Positions 50,701-58,178 are shown, counted from the first letter of the stretch. The stretch is DNA of 64,000 nucleotides from Thermoanaerobaculia bacterium (GCA_044226625.1 JBGAGQ010000017.1:34316-98315), one strand, 5' to 3'. Notes: generated from the letters alone by a model not told the origin. Program-made: numbers and translations.

Positions 50701-53700
50701 CCGGTGGAGCGGCAACGATTGTTGGTGGTGGATTCCGGGGCGGTAGTCGTGGTCAGCCGCGGTGCCTTCTTGGAGGGCCTGACGGCGGGTTGGGAGGGGT
50801 GGAGCGGGAGGGTCGCGCCGCTTCTTCTCAGTAAGGAGAGTGGGCTTCCGGAGGGGGTGGACTTCGGAGCGGCGGTGGCTCCTCGGAAGGTGGTGGCGGA
50901 AAACCTTGCTTATCTGATCTATACCTCGGGGTCGACGGGGATGCCGAAAGGGGTCGGGGTCGCGCATGGCGAGGCGGTGAGGCATTTCGCTTCGTCGGTG
51001 GAACGGTATGGATGGAGCGAGCGCGATCGAGTGGCCTTGTTGGGAGCGATGAGCTTCGATCTTTCGGTCGATCAGGTGGGATGTGCATTGGCCGCGGGGG
51101 CGACGCTCGTCGTTCGCGGGCCGGAGATGCCGGCGCCGTCCGAGTTCTCGGCTTGGTTGGAGCGGCTGCAGATTTCTTGCGTGACGATGCCCACGCCGCT
51201 GTTTGCCGAATGGACGCGAAGCGATCGGCCGCTGCCGGAAGCTTTGCGGATGTTCTACGCCGGAGGCGAGGCGATGCCGGCCGAGGCGGCGAGTCGGCTG
51301 AGGGAACGGGTCGAGCGGGGTTCTTCTCTCTTGGCGCTCAACGCCTATGGACCGACCGAGGCGGTAGTTGCGGCGACCTGCCATGACGTCTTGCGGGGCG
51401 CGCTTCCGGAAGTGGGTTCGGTTTCGATCGGCCGCTTGCTGCCAGGGCGCGTGGGCTTCGTCGTCGACGAAGTCGGGAACCCGGTGCCGCTCGGAGGGAC
51501 CGGCGAGCTGGCGCTCGGCGGACCGCTCGCGCGAGGGTATCTCGATCGGCCGGACCTTACGGCCGAGCGATTCCGTCCCAACCCCTTTACTGACAAAGAC
51601 GGCGAGAGGCTCTATCGCACCGGCGACCGCGTAAGGCAGCGGGGCGACGGCACCTTCGATCACCTCGGCCGGCTCGATCAACAGGTGAAGATCCGCGGCT
51701 TCCGCATCGAGCTGGGCGAGATCGAAGCGGCGCTCGCCGCGCATCCTCAGGTGATCGATTCGGTCGTTGCGGTGCGCGAGGCACCAAAGATCGGGGACCG
51801 ACTGGTCGCTTGGGTTCGCCTGCGAGAGCAGGTCAAAGGGCCGGACTTACGTGCGCACCTGGCGAGGATCCTGCCGGAGTACATGGTGCCGGCGGCCTTC
51901 GTCGAGGTCGAGGTTTGGCCGTTGACGCCTTCGGGGAAGATCGACCGGCGGGCGCTGCCCGATCCGGTCTTCGACGGCGAGGTGGGCAAGAGCACGGCGC
52001 CTCGCACGCCGATCGAGGAGATCCTGGCGGGAGTGTTCGGGGAATTGCTCGGAGTCGGTGGGGTCGGAGTGGATGGCGATTTCTTCGCGCTTGGTGGGCA
52101 TTCGTTGCTCGCGACGCGATTGGTTTCGCGGGTGCGCGAGGTCTTCGGAATCGAGCTGCCGCTGGCGGAGGTTTTCGCGCGCTCGACAGTCGAGGGCGTG
52201 GCAGCGGCGGTGGAAGAAAAGCTCAACGAGGGGAAGAGGGCCGAACCGATTGCGCGCGGGGCGAGCGAGTCGGACGAGGTGCCGTTGTCTTTCGCGCAGG
52301 AGCGATTGTGGTTCCTCGATCGATTGGAGCCGGGCTCGGCGGCGTACAACATCGGTTTTCGATTGACGCTCGAAGGGGCACTGTCGGTGCCGGCCCTGGA
52401 GGCCGCGCTCTCGCATGTCGTCGCACGGCACGAGCCGTTGCGGACGCGCTACGTGCAGGTCGGAGACGTGGCGCGGCAGATCGTCGATCCGCCTTCGACG
52501 AGTTTTTCGCGCTTTCCGTGCGTCGATCTGCAGGGGATTTCGCCTATCGACTCGCCTATGTCGGCTGGATCCGTCGTGTCGGACGAGGCCGCGCGAATCG
52601 GTGGCCTTCTCGGCCGCAGGCCGTTCGACCTCGCGCGCGGTCCGGTGGTGCGCGTGCTTTTGGTCCGCCGCGGCCCGGCGCTCCACGACGCGATCTTCAG
52701 CTTCCATCACATCGCAATCGACGGCTGGTCGATGTCGGTCTTCTCGCGCGAGATCGCTGAGGCCTACACCTCCTTCGTTGAAAAGAGAGCGGCGCACCTG
52801 CCGGGCCTGCCGATCTCTTACTCGGACTGGACCCTCTGGCAGCGGCGCCAGCTCTCGGGTGAGCGTTACGAGCGCGAGCTCGCTTGGTGGAAAGCCCGGC
52901 TGGCCGGCGCGCCGGAGGCGCTCGAGTTGCCGACGGACCGACCGCGGCCGTCCGCCCCGAAGCGCCGAGCGGCAATCGCCCGATGCTTGCTACCGCCCGA
53001 GCTAGCACGAACGATCCGCACGCGCGCGAACGCCGAAGCCTCAACTCCCTTCATGATGCTTTTGGCAGCCTGGGCAGGCCTCTTGAGCCGCCTGGGTTCG
53101 GGCCGCGATCTGGTGATCGGCACGCCGATCGCAAACCGCAATCGCGCCGAGACCGAAGGCCTGATCGGCTTCTTCGTCAACTCGCTGGCCCTCCGGATAA
53201 CTGCCGATCCTTCCGCGCCCCTGCGCTCGTTGCTGACCCATGCGCGCGAAGCCTCGATCGGCGCGTTCGCGCATCAGGACTTCCCGTTCGAGCGTCTAGT
53301 GGCGGAGCTGGGCGTCGCGCGCGGAGGGAACGTCCCGCCGATCTATCAGGTGTCGTTCGCGTTCCAAAACCTGCCGGATGTGGCACCAGAGGCGTTTAAC
53401 CTCCCGGGATTGGAGACCACCGTTGCGGGCCTCTCCGGCGGAGCGGCAAAGCTCGATCTCGCTCTCGTGGTGTCGCCGGTCCAAGAGGGTTGGCTCGCCG
53501 AGCTGGAGCTGAACACGGATCAGTTCGATCCGGCGACCGGCGCGCGGCTGCTGGCCGGGTTCGAGCGGATGGCACGGGTCGTGGCGGAAGCTCCCGAGCA
53601 GCGGCTTGCCGAGGCGGAGCTTCTGGGGCGACTGGAGCGGCATCAACTGCTCTATGAATGGAATGAGGGCGGGGAGGAATTGCCCGCGAGCGTAGTGCAC

Positions 53701-55599
53701 GACTTCGTGCGGCGGTGGGCGCGCGAAAAGCCAACGGCGTTGGCTTTGGAGTCCGAGCACGAGCCGGGGCGAAAGTATTCATGGATGGAGTTGGAGAGGC
53801 ACACGGATCGCCTGGCGCGTCGATTGGCGGGTCTGGGTGTTGGCCCGGAGAAGGTGGTCGGAGTCTCGATCGAGCGGTCGGTCGATCGGGTGCTCGCGAT
53901 GATCGCGATCTGGAAAGCGGGCGGTTGCTATCTACCGATCGATCCGGAGCTGCCTGTGGAACGACGGCGATTGCTGGTGGTGGATTCCGGGGCGGTTGCG
54001 GTGGTCGTCCGCGGTGCCTACTGGGAGGACCTGACGTCGGGGTGGGAGGGGTGGCACGGACGCGTTGCGCCGCTTCTTGTCAGTAAGGAGAGTGGGCTTC
54101 CGGAGGGGGAGGACTTCGGAGCGGAGGAGAGTCCTCGATCAGCGGTGGCGGAAAACCTTGCGTATCTCATTTATACGTCGGGTTCGACCGGAACTCCGAA
54201 GGGTGTGGGCGTGAGCCATCGACATGGGGTGGGCCACTTCGCGGCAGCTTCTGAGTTTTACCGGATGGATGGCACCGATCGGGTGGTGCAGTTCGCTTCG
54301 GCGAGCTTCGACGTTTCGATGGAGCAGGTCGGTGTCGCGTTGGCGAGCGGCGGGACTTTGGTGGTGCGGGGCTCGGAGCTGCCGAATCCGTTGGAGCTTT
54401 CGGCCTGGATGACTCGGTGGGGCATTACGAACGCGAATTTGCCTACGGCGGTCTGGACGGAGTGGAGCCGCGCGGAGGATCCGCTGCCCGAGGTCTTGAG
54501 GGTTCTGGTCACGGGCGGCGAAGCGATGACGCCCGCGGCGGCGGAGCGGTTCCGGAAACGGATGGCGATGCGGCCCGGAGGCCCGGTCGTTTACAACGGC
54601 TACGGTCCGACCGAGACAGTGGTGACGGCGACCTGCTACGACCTCTCGGTCGGACGGCTGGCGGAATCCGGCTCGGTTTCGATCGGCCGGCTGTTGCCGA
54701 GCCGCACGGGTTATGTGGTCGACGAAGCGAATCGGTTGGCACCGCTGGGCGGCCTGGGCGAGCTGGTGCTGGGTGGCTTGCTCGCGCGAGGGTATCTCGA
54801 TCGGCCAGACCTTACGGCCGAGCGATTCCGCCCCAACCCCTTTACTGGCAAATGCGGCGAGAGGCTGTATCGAACCGGCGATCGCGTCCGGCAGCGGGGC
54901 GACGGCAGTTTCGACTACCTCGGTCGGCTCGATCAGCAGATCAAAATCCGCGGTTTCCGGATCGAGCCGGGAGAGATCGAGGCCGCTCTCGGCGCGCATC
55001 CCGCAGTGAGGGACTCGATCGTCCTCGCGCGCGAGGCGCCAGGCGTCGGCAAGCGGCTGGTGGCCTGGGTGCGATGGATCGACGGCCTTCGTCCGTCCTT
55101 GGGCTCCGAGCGCTTCGTCGAGCTGCGCAGGTTTGTCGCGGGCCGGTTGCCCGACTACATGGTTCCCTCGGCGTTCGCGGAGGTGGAGGAGTGGCCGCTC
55201 GGCCCCACGGGCAAGATCGATCGACGCGCGTTGCCCGAACCAGAACGACTCGCCGCGGGCCCACGAACGGCGCCGAAGTCGGCAATCCAATGTTTGATCG
55301 CCGAGCTCTGGCGCGAAACGCTTCCGGAGGCGACTTCCGATCTTGCGATCGAAGACGGCTTCTTCGATTTGGGGGGGCACTCGTTGCTCGCGGTAGGGCT
55401 CCTATCCAAAATCTCGGCGACGTTTCGGGTAGAGCTGAAGCTCAAGAGCCTGTTCGAAACGCCAACGATCGCCGGGCTCGAAGCGGCGGTTCTCGCGGCG
55501 GAAACCCGACCCGGCCAGAGCGAGACGATCGCGCGCGTCCTCCTCAAAGTCCGGGGCCTCTCGCCCGATGCCAAGCGAGAGTTGCTCGCTTCGGGATAG
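35797..55599 (+). CDS. Six-module non-ribosomal peptide synthetase, (C-A-PCP)x6, no TE/E/MT domain
   Basis: Six HHxxxD motifs (about 36250, 39589, 42829, 46198, 49453, 52705), six YTSGSTG.PKG A3 motifs and six FF.LGGHS PCP motifs (about 38986, 42244, 45490, 48847, 52093, 55372); exact start uncertain. Confidence 0.95.
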   Translation: MPPPLDPPTAERRELPTEPPLRAPMALGQEALWFLSKLAPDSRAYHLCGAARLVEPLAPGLPESLRHAFSELSARHPALRTTFGEGEDGRPEQRIGEAPGIPFRFEVAAGTTESEALLAAHLDLPFDLGRGPLARAGLIANGDEAVLWLAAHHLVADFWSLAVMLRDLGEVLAAQRADLAPGDPAPEREAEGTPGKRGGGGPQLTYAQWALWQRDRAEREEGRRELEAWRRLLAGELPPLELPTDRPRRPRETWAGGAVDISLSEKATRALAQIARGGKTNLFAAIVTAFQAFLGRLSGQDELIVGTPTSGRFGARVADQVGYFVNPVPIRADLSGDPSIQGLLARQRSVVQAALALQAFPFSRLAEEIQAERQTGRAPLFDVMLAYEKARGGEGFWGFALGLPGMRVDLGGLALESLRVEPSGSPFDLSLAVAEVGGGLAGSLRYSEELFDRSTIERWSRWLMRWLEWIAAAPARRLSEVPYFSAEESAELWADRGREEGPEPRERRIHDFVETWARERPAAPALESEHEPGRRYTWADLDAHTDRLARRLAGLGVGPEKVVGVSIERSVDRVLAMVAIWKAGGCYLPIDPELPVERRRLMVVDSGTVALVGRSAYWEDLTSGWEGWHGRVAPLLLRKESGLPETEDFGPEELPRSAVAENLAYLIYTSGSTGTPKGVGISHRHAVGHFAAASRFYRMDGTDRVVQFASASFDVSMEQVGVALASGGELVVRGPELPNPLELSAWMTRWGITNANLPTAVWTEWSRAEDPLPEGLRVLVTGGEAMTPAAAERFRKRMAMRPTSPVVFNGYGPTETVVTATCFDLRGEISDGSAVSIGMLLPRRHGAVVDRRGHLLPLGIPGELALGGLLARGYLDRPDLTAERFRPDFLAGAPVGGRLYHTGDRVRLRLDGTLDYLGRIDQQIKIRGIRIEPGEIEAAIETHPAIREAIVFARESSLGLRLIAWVRRVEGATEDEAAPAVLRAFLKDRLPEAMVPVAFVAVEEWPIGASGKVDRRALPEPSFASGEAERIAPRTPLEVEIERLFAELLGCAEVGAEEDFFALGGHSLLVTQLVSRIRRGFGVELGLAELFAGATVAGIAARVASEKEKRKLIEGSEVQAIERVARGSDDVPLSFAQERLWFVDRLEPGRATYNVGFRLVLGGELRVPALEAALATVVARHEPLRTRYAQPGDVARQEVDPPSVSFSRWPLVDLAAVLDAGRPVEAARIGRNEGRRPFDLARGPVWRAVLARRGPALHDAIFTFHHIAIDGWSLAVFSREIAEVYSSFVEKRPARLPELPITYADWAIWQRRHLSGERYERELSWRRSHLKGAPEATELPVDRPRPAVPKRNAAQVRRTLPSQLAKSIATRANAEASTPFMMLFAAWAGLLSRLGSGTDLVIGTPIANRNRAETEGLIGFFVNSLAIRVTADPSAPLRSLVSSVREASVGAFAHQDFPFERLVAELGVTRGGNVPPIYQVSFAFQNLPVPVMLPGLTTTVEELDGGAAKLDLGLVVTPVEDRLEAQLEVNLDLFDPATGARLLAGFERMAWELTEAPERLLAEAELLGRAERHQLLYEWNEGGGQLPGRVIHDFVRRWARERPDALALESEHEPGRLYSWAELDTHTERMARRLVGLGVGPERVVGVSIERSVDRVLGMVAIWKAGGCYLPIDPELPVERRRLLVVDSGAVAVVGRSAYWEDLTSGWDGWHGRVAPLLVSKEGGLPEGEDFGAEERARWAVAENLAYLIYTSGSTGTPKGVGISHRHAVGHFVAASGFYRMDGSDRVVQFASASFDVSMEQVGVALASGGALVVRGPEMPNPLELSAWMTRWGITNANLPTAVWTEWSQAEDPLPEGLRVLVTGGEAMTPAAAERFRKRMAMRPTSPVVYNGYGPTETVVTATCYDLRFGRLSESGSVSIGRLLPSRTGYVVDGEDRLVPLGGIGELVLGGLLARGYLDRPDLTAERFRPNPFTDKDGERLYRTGDRVRQRGDGSFDYLGRLDQQIKIRGFRIEPGEIEAALEAYPHIKEAIVLARDSAATGKRLIAWVRRAGDGANPHATSDSLSSELSSFLKGRLPDYMVPMAIVEVDEWPLSPSGKIDRRALPDPAFQETFEKIAPRTPTEEIVAGMFGELLGASDVGAEADFFALGGHSLLATQLASRIRKTFGVELPLAELFSGSTVAQIAERIEAASGAAPAPAIVRAADAEREGVLSFAEERLWFLDRLAPGRSTYNVGFRLSLRGPLVPSALRSALAGVVSRHAPLRSRFGEREGIPFTTIGPAEAMDGFRLPKIDLSVLGSKRKREGARVAAAEGRRSFDLSRGPVVRATLVRIDTERHDLLVVFHHIATDGWSLSVFSREVAELYAAAVEGRLAVLPPLSIEYADWAVWQRAWLSGKKYAGELSWWRSRLEGMPETIDLPSDRPRPRGEAMHAAEWVRRDLGSDLAARIGARARASGSTPFMVLLAAWAGLLSRLGAGGDVPVGAPIANRNRSEIEGLIGFFVNSLVMRVRAEAGATLGILLENARETALAAYAHQDFPFDRLVGDRAGARGGGAPPMFQTSLVFQNLPETAELPGLLATIEPLDGGVAKLDLSLVITPRRAEDGSGLSALLEIDLDVFDPATGARLLAGFERLSEQMANQPDRLLAEAELLALEERHQLLVEWNDGAAGFRAPVLCIHDFVRKWARERPDGLALESVHEPGRRYTWAELEAHTERLSRRLTALGVGPEGVVAVSLPWSVDRLLAMVAIWKAGGCYLPVDPELPVERRRLLLMDSAAVAFVGRTAFWNELMEEWEPRGAGFAPLLLDEASGLPLESGPEGNSREAAPQGLAYLIYTSGSTGTPKGVAVSHEDAVGHFASAAAFYRMDASERVIQFASASFDVSMEQVGTALACGGTLVVRGPELPPPLDLTDWLERHRITHANLPTAVWAEWSRADGPLPRDLRVLVTAGEVMSPQAAERFLVRAAESDVPPRILNGYGPTEAVVIATCHDIAQGRLPESGSVSIGRSLPGRSALVIDGSGTIQPLGGRGELALGGFLARGYLGRPDLTAERFRPDPFGADRGSPGARLYWTGDRVRIAGSGAIDFFGRIDQQVKIRGFRIEPGEIESALADAPGVGEAIVLARAGATGEARLLAWYRPASSKEVPVDPTELRRFLAARLPDYMVPAAFVAVEGWPKSPSGKIDKRALPEPEVEAARYVAPRTPIERGLAEAFSEMLGVVEVGADDDFFALGGHSLLATRLVSRIRREFGVELGLAELFAGATVSGIAARVAAEREKQKLIEGSEVGAIERRGGGSDVVPLSFAQERLWFIDRSEPGRATYNVGFRLVLGGELCVPALETALAALVARHEPLRTRYAQPGDVARQEIDPPSPRFSSLSRVDLEAISRVNRSFSVGAELASAREHRNPMAEASSAPTLGEFVSSIASVEAARIGRLLGRRPFDLGRGPVMRAILVRRGPALHDAIFTFHHIAIDGWSLAVFSREIAEAYSSFVDNRTARLIDLPISYADWAIWQRRQLSGERYERELVWWRTQLEGAPEAIELAVDRPRPSSPKRQAAQVCRSLPPQLATSIAARANAEASTPFMMLLAAWAGLLSRLGAGRDLVIGTPIANRNRAETEGLIGFFVNSLAIRVTADPTAPMRSLLSSVREASFGAFAHQDFPFERLVAELGVARGGNVPPIYQVSFAFQNLPAPVMLPGLTTTIEELDGGTAKLDLGLVVTPFEDRLEAQLEVNLDLFDPATGARLLAKFERMARELAEAPERPLAEAELLGPLERHQLLYEWNEGGAELPERILHAFLRRWARERPTASALESEHEPGRVYSWSELDAHTDRLARRLAGLGVGPEWVVGVSLERSVDRVLAMVAIWKAGGCYMPIDPELPVERRRLLVADSGAVAVVTRVAFWGDLTSDWEGWHGRVAPLLLGKEDGLPEGGYFGPEESPRSALAENLAYLIYTSGSTGMPKGVGVSHRAAAGHFAAAKAFYGLGDRDRIVQFAEASFDVSMEQVGLSLACGCALVVRGPALPLDLPAWLDRLAITDANLPTAVWSEWAHSDAPIPEALRVLVVGGEAMAPAAAVRFREKLAECGRPPRLLNAYGPTEAVVTATAFDLRQGPLPESGSISIGRLLPGRTGYVVDEEGRLAPLGGIGELVLGGLLARGYLDRPDLTAERFRPNPFAGEDGERLYRTGDRVRQRGEGSFDYLGRIDQQIKVRGFRIEPGEIEAALESHPQIQEAIVLARESVGVGKRLIAWLRRTLTAESSRDEKGWTADLRAYLMGRLPEYMVPSAFVAVERWPVSPSGKIDRRALPDPVFAEEARERTAPRTPTEEIVAGLFAELLGASDLGSEADFFALGGHSLLATRLVSRVRKIFEVELPLAELFSVSTVAGVASRIDSLRGSGSPSALQMAPPLLPPPRRPAEIPLSFAQERLWFLDRLEPGSATYNAGLRLRLGGEFDETALLEALRTLIARHEPLRTRIVESNGGPIQAIDPATEAARAFRWPRVDLAGISPKAEGEAARLARSEGRRPFDLARSSMLRAARVVLGTGRCDLLLVFHHIATDGWSLGIFSRELVELYTAWIEHRKPALAALPLGYADWSLWQRAWLSGAVYERELAWWRERLAGAPEALDLPFDHPRPAYPSRRGWSVEGKLAEELSGRLAACAGSVGATLSMVLLAAWCALLERFGAGLDQVLAMPIANRNRSETEGLVGFFVNTLALRIEIPRRNVALGDLISRVRDASLAAYAHQDFPFEKLAERGGTPPGQVSFAFQNLPEPVVLPGVEMTAEELSGEGAKFDLGLIVVPGRNSGDSMRTRIEISLDRFDPATGARLLAAFERMAVAVAGHPERALGDVEVFGPAERHQMLCEWNASGWERGWERAAFVEARVQDFVTRWARERPEALALKSEHEPARGVSWAALEEHTDALARRLAGLGVGPEKVVAVSLDWSVDRVLAMVAVWKAGGCYLPVDPVLPVERQRLLVVDSGAVVVVSRGAFLEGLTAGWEGWSGRVAPLLLSKESGLPEGVDFGAAVAPRKVVAENLAYLIYTSGSTGMPKGVGVAHGEAVRHFASSVERYGWSERDRVALLGAMSFDLSVDQVGCALAAGATLVVRGPEMPAPSEFSAWLERLQISCVTMPTPLFAEWTRSDRPLPEALRMFYAGGEAMPAEAASRLRERVERGSSLLALNAYGPTEAVVAATCHDVLRGALPEVGSVSIGRLLPGRVGFVVDEVGNPVPLGGTGELALGGPLARGYLDRPDLTAERFRPNPFTDKDGERLYRTGDRVRQRGDGTFDHLGRLDQQVKIRGFRIELGEIEAALAAHPQVIDSVVAVREAPKIGDRLVAWVRLREQVKGPDLRAHLARILPEYMVPAAFVEVEVWPLTPSGKIDRRALPDPVFDGEVGKSTAPRTPIEEILAGVFGELLGVGGVGVDGDFFALGGHSLLATRLVSRVREVFGIELPLAEVFARSTVEGVAAAVEEKLNEGKRAEPIARGASESDEVPLSFAQERLWFLDRLEPGSAAYNIGFRLTLEGALSVPALEAALSHVVARHEPLRTRYVQVGDVARQIVDPPSTSFSRFPCVDLQGISPIDSPMSAGSVVSDEAARIGGLLGRRPFDLARGPVVRVLLVRRGPALHDAIFSFHHIAIDGWSMSVFSREIAEAYTSFVEKRAAHLPGLPISYSDWTLWQRRQLSGERYERELAWWKARLAGAPEALELPTDRPRPSAPKRRAAIARCLLPPELARTIRTRANAEASTPFMMLLAAWAGLLSRLGSGRDLVIGTPIANRNRAETEGLIGFFVNSLALRITADPSAPLRSLLTHAREASIGAFAHQDFPFERLVAELGVARGGNVPPIYQVSFAFQNLPDVAPEAFNLPGLETTVAGLSGGAAKLDLALVVSPVQEGWLAELELNTDQFDPATGARLLAGFERMARVVAEAPEQRLAEAELLGRLERHQLLYEWNEGGEELPASVVHDFVRRWAREKPTALALESEHEPGRKYSWMELERHTDRLARRLAGLGVGPEKVVGVSIERSVDRVLAMIAIWKAGGCYLPIDPELPVERRRLLVVDSGAVAVVVRGAYWEDLTSGWEGWHGRVAPLLVSKESGLPEGEDFGAEESPRSAVAENLAYLIYTSGSTGTPKGVGVSHRHGVGHFAAASEFYRMDGTDRVVQFASASFDVSMEQVGVALASGGTLVVRGSELPNPLELSAWMTRWGITNANLPTAVWTEWSRAEDPLPEVLRVLVTGGEAMTPAAAERFRKRMAMRPGGPVVYNGYGPTETVVTATCYDLSVGRLAESGSVSIGRLLPSRTGYVVDEANRLAPLGGLGELVLGGLLARGYLDRPDLTAERFRPNPFTGKCGERLYRTGDRVRQRGDGSFDYLGRLDQQIKIRGFRIEPGEIEAALGAHPAVRDSIVLAREAPGVGKRLVAWVRWIDGLRPSLGSERFVELRRFVAGRLPDYMVPSAFAEVEEWPLGPTGKIDRRALPEPERLAAGPRTAPKSAIQCLIAELWRETLPEATSDLAIEDGFFDLGGHSLLAVGLLSKISATFRVELKLKSLFETPTIAGLEAAVLAAETRPGQSETIARVLLKVRGLSPDAKRELLASG
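45976..46043. repeat. REP doublet (REPIN-like) inside the NRPS coding sequence, in frame
   Basis: gtaggggcggagcttgcctccgcc (45976-45999) and ggcggaggcaagctcggcccctac (46020-46043) are 24-bp inverted repeats with one mismatch. Confidence 0.78.
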
Positions 55600-55748
55600 G
55601 CACGGGCCGTACTGAGAGAGATTCCGATGCTCTTCTGGTCGGTGGCGCTTCTATGCGACCTCGAACGCTTAGCCGGCGAGGCCGGATCTCATTCGGAATG
55701 GCGAGCCGGTTTACGCCTTCGATTGGGGCTATCCACCCAGGATAGGAC

Positions 55749-58178
55749 TCACGGCTTCTCCACGACCTCGATGACGATCGTGCCCTCCACCTCTTTCGCG
55801 ACCGCCTTCCCGCCGTTCTGGAGCTTGCCGAACAGTAGCTGGTCGGTGAGCGGCTGGCGGATCGACTCGTCGATCACGCGACCGAGCGGGCGGGCGCCGA
55901 AGGCGGGGTCGTAGCCCTTCTGAGCGAGCAACGCGCGCGCCTCGGGGGTGAGCCCGAGCGTCACCTTCTTCGCTTCGAGCTGCTTGCCGAGCTCGCCGAT
56001 CATCTTGTCGACGATCCGCTCCATCACCGCGGGATCGAGCGGGCGGAAGCGGAGTCGGGCGTCGAGCCGGTTGCGGAACTCGGGGCTGAACAGACGCTCG
56101 AAGGCCTGGTCGCCCGCGGGGTCGCCGCGGTACGACGGAGCGCCGGGGCGGTCGTGGACCATCTCGGCGCGGCTTTCTCCGGCCGGCGCAGCGCCGAAGC
56201 CGGGGGTCCGCTGCGCCATTTCGCGCGCGCCGACGTTCGAGGTCATGAGCAGGATTACATGGCGGAAATCGGTCGCTTTGCCGTTCGTGTCGGTGAGCGT
56301 GCCGTGGTCCATCACCTGAAGCAGAAGGTTGAAGACGTCTTCGTGCGCTTTTTCGACCTCGTCGAGGAGCAGCACGGCGTGCGGGCTTTTTGCGACCGCC
56401 TCGGTCAATAGGCCGCCGCGGTCGTAGCCGACGTAGCCCGGCGGGGCGCCGACCAGCCGGGAGACCGTGTGGCGCTCCATGTACTCGCTCATGTCGAAAC
56501 GGAGGAACGCGATGCCGAGCGTCGCGGCGAGCTGCTTCGCCATCTCGGTCTTGCCGACGCCCGTGGGACCCGTGAGCAGGAACGAGCCTACGGGTTTCTG
56601 CGGCTCGCGGAGCCCGGCTCGGGAGACCTTGATCGCCGCGACCAGGCGCTCGATCGCCGCGTCCTGCCCGAATACCACCGCCTTGAGCTCCCCTTCGAGG
56701 TTCTGCAGCCGGTCGCGGTCGCTGCCGTGGACGCGCTTGGGAGGAATCTGCGCCATCGTGGCGAGGATCTTCTCGACCTCGGGCGCGCCGACCCGCTTGC
56801 CGCCCGCAAGCGAAACCGCTGCACCCGCTTCGTCGAGCAGATCGATCGCTTTGTCCGGCAGCCTCTTGTCGCGCAGGTGGCGCTCGGCGAGCTCCGCCGC
56901 GGCGCGGAGCGCGGCCTTGGTGTAGGCGATGCCGTGGTGCAGCTCGTAGCGCTCGCGGAGCCCTTCGAGGATGCGCACGGTCTCCTCGACCGTCGGCTCG
57001 AGCACCTCCACCTTCTGGAAGCGCCGGGCGAGCGCCGCGTCGCGCTGGAAGTTCTGCCGGTACTCCTCCCAAGTGGTGGCACCGATGCAGCGGAGGATGC
57101 CGTCCTGGAGGGCGGGCTTGAGCAAGTTCGAGGCGTCCATCGAGCCACGCCCGGCGGCGCCGGCGCCGATCAGGGTGTGGATCTCGTCGATGAAGAGGAT
57201 CGGTCTCCGGTCGCGGGCGGCGCCGGTCCGCGGGCTCTTGGCCGGCTCGTTACCCTCGGACCGATCGTCGGCGCCCGTCGCGACGTCCTTCTGCGAATCG
57301 GCGGTATGTATCGCGGCGAGTGAGGCGAGCACGGCTTTCAACCGGTTCTCGAAATCGCCCCGGAACCGGGTGCCGGCGAGCAGCGCGCCGAGGTCTAGCC
57401 GGAAGATTCGCGTCTCGGCGAAGCGCTCGGGAACGTCTCCCTTCGCGATGCGCAAGGCGAGCCCCTCGACGAGGGCGGTCTTGCCCACGCCGGGATCGCC
57501 GACGTAGATCGGGTTGTTCTTCCGCCGCCGCTGCAGGATGTGGAGCGTTCGCTCGATCTCGCGGTCGCGGCCGATCAACGGATCGATCGCTCCTTTCTTG
57601 GCGAACGCCGTGAGCTCCTGGCAGAACGCGCGAAGCGGATCGCCGACGGGCGCAGCGTCGCCCTCCTCGTCGTCTTCATCGCGCTCGCCGGTGGCGCCGT
57701 GGTCGGCGTCCGACGGGCGGTCGAACGAGCCCGGCGAGGCGGGCGAGAGCCGGGACACGCCGTGCGACAAGAAGGAAATGACGTCGAGCCGCGAGACCCC
57801 CTGCTCGTCGAGCAGCGAGATCGCGTACGTATCGGGCTCGGCAAACAGGGCGACCAGGACGTCGGAGCCGCGTACTTCGTCGCGGCCGGAGCCGGCGACC
57901 TGGGCGCTCGCCCGCGCCAGTGCATGCCGGACCCCCAGTCCCAACCGAGGCTCGAAATCCTCGTCGTCGATGCGGTCGATCTCCTCGGCGAGGAACTTCG
58001 CGAGCTGGCGTTTCAACAGCTCGAGATCGGCGCCGGAATGGCGCAGGACGTCGGCGGTGCCGCGATCGAGCGTCAGGGCGTAGAGGAGGTGCTCCACACC
58101 GGCGTATTCATGGCCGAGCCGGGCGGCTTCGGAAAGCGCCACCGACAGGCTGATCTGAAGCGACTGCGAGAGGTTCAA
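55749..58178 (-). CDS. clpA: ATP-dependent Clp protease ATP-binding subunit ClpA
   Basis: Clp N domain, [62 protein letters not shown]; follows clpS. Confidence 0.93.
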   Translation of the reverse strand: MNLSQSLQISLSVALSEAARLGHEYAGVEHLLYALTLDRGTADVLRHSGADLELLKRQLAKFLAEEIDRIDDEDFEPRLGLGVRHALARASAQVAGSGRDEVRGSDVLVALFAEPDTYAISLLDEQGVSRLDVISFLSHGVSRLSPASPGSFDRPSDADHGATGERDEDDEEGDAAPVGDPLRAFCQELTAFAKKGAIDPLIGRDREIERTLHILQRRRKNNPIYVGDPGVGKTALVEGLALRIAKGDVPERFAETRIFRLDLGALLAGTRFRGDFENRLKAVLASLAAIHTADSQKDVATGADDRSEGNEPAKSPRTGAARDRRPILFIDEIHTLIGAGAAGRGSMDASNLLKPALQDGILRCIGATTWEEYRQNFQRDAALARRFQKVEVLEPTVEETVRILEGLRERYELHHGIAYTKAALRAAAELAERHLRDKRLPDKAIDLLDEAGAAVSLAGGKRVGAPEVEKILATMAQIPPKRVHGSDRDRLQNLEGELKAVVFGQDAAIERLVAAIKVSRAGLREPQKPVGSFLLTGPTGVGKTEMAKQLAATLGIAFLRFDMSEYMERHTVSRLVGAPPGYVGYDRGGLLTEAVAKSPHAVLLLDEVEKAHEDVFNLLLQVMDHGTLTDTNGKATDFRHVILLMTSNVGAREMAQRTPGFGAAPAGESRAEMVHDRPGAPSYRGDPAGDQAFERLFSPEFRNRLDARLRFRPLDPAVMERIVDKMIGELGKQLEAKKVTLGLTPEARALLAQKGYDPAFGARPLGRVIDESIRQPLTDQLLFGKLQNGGKAVAKEVEGTIVIEVVEKP

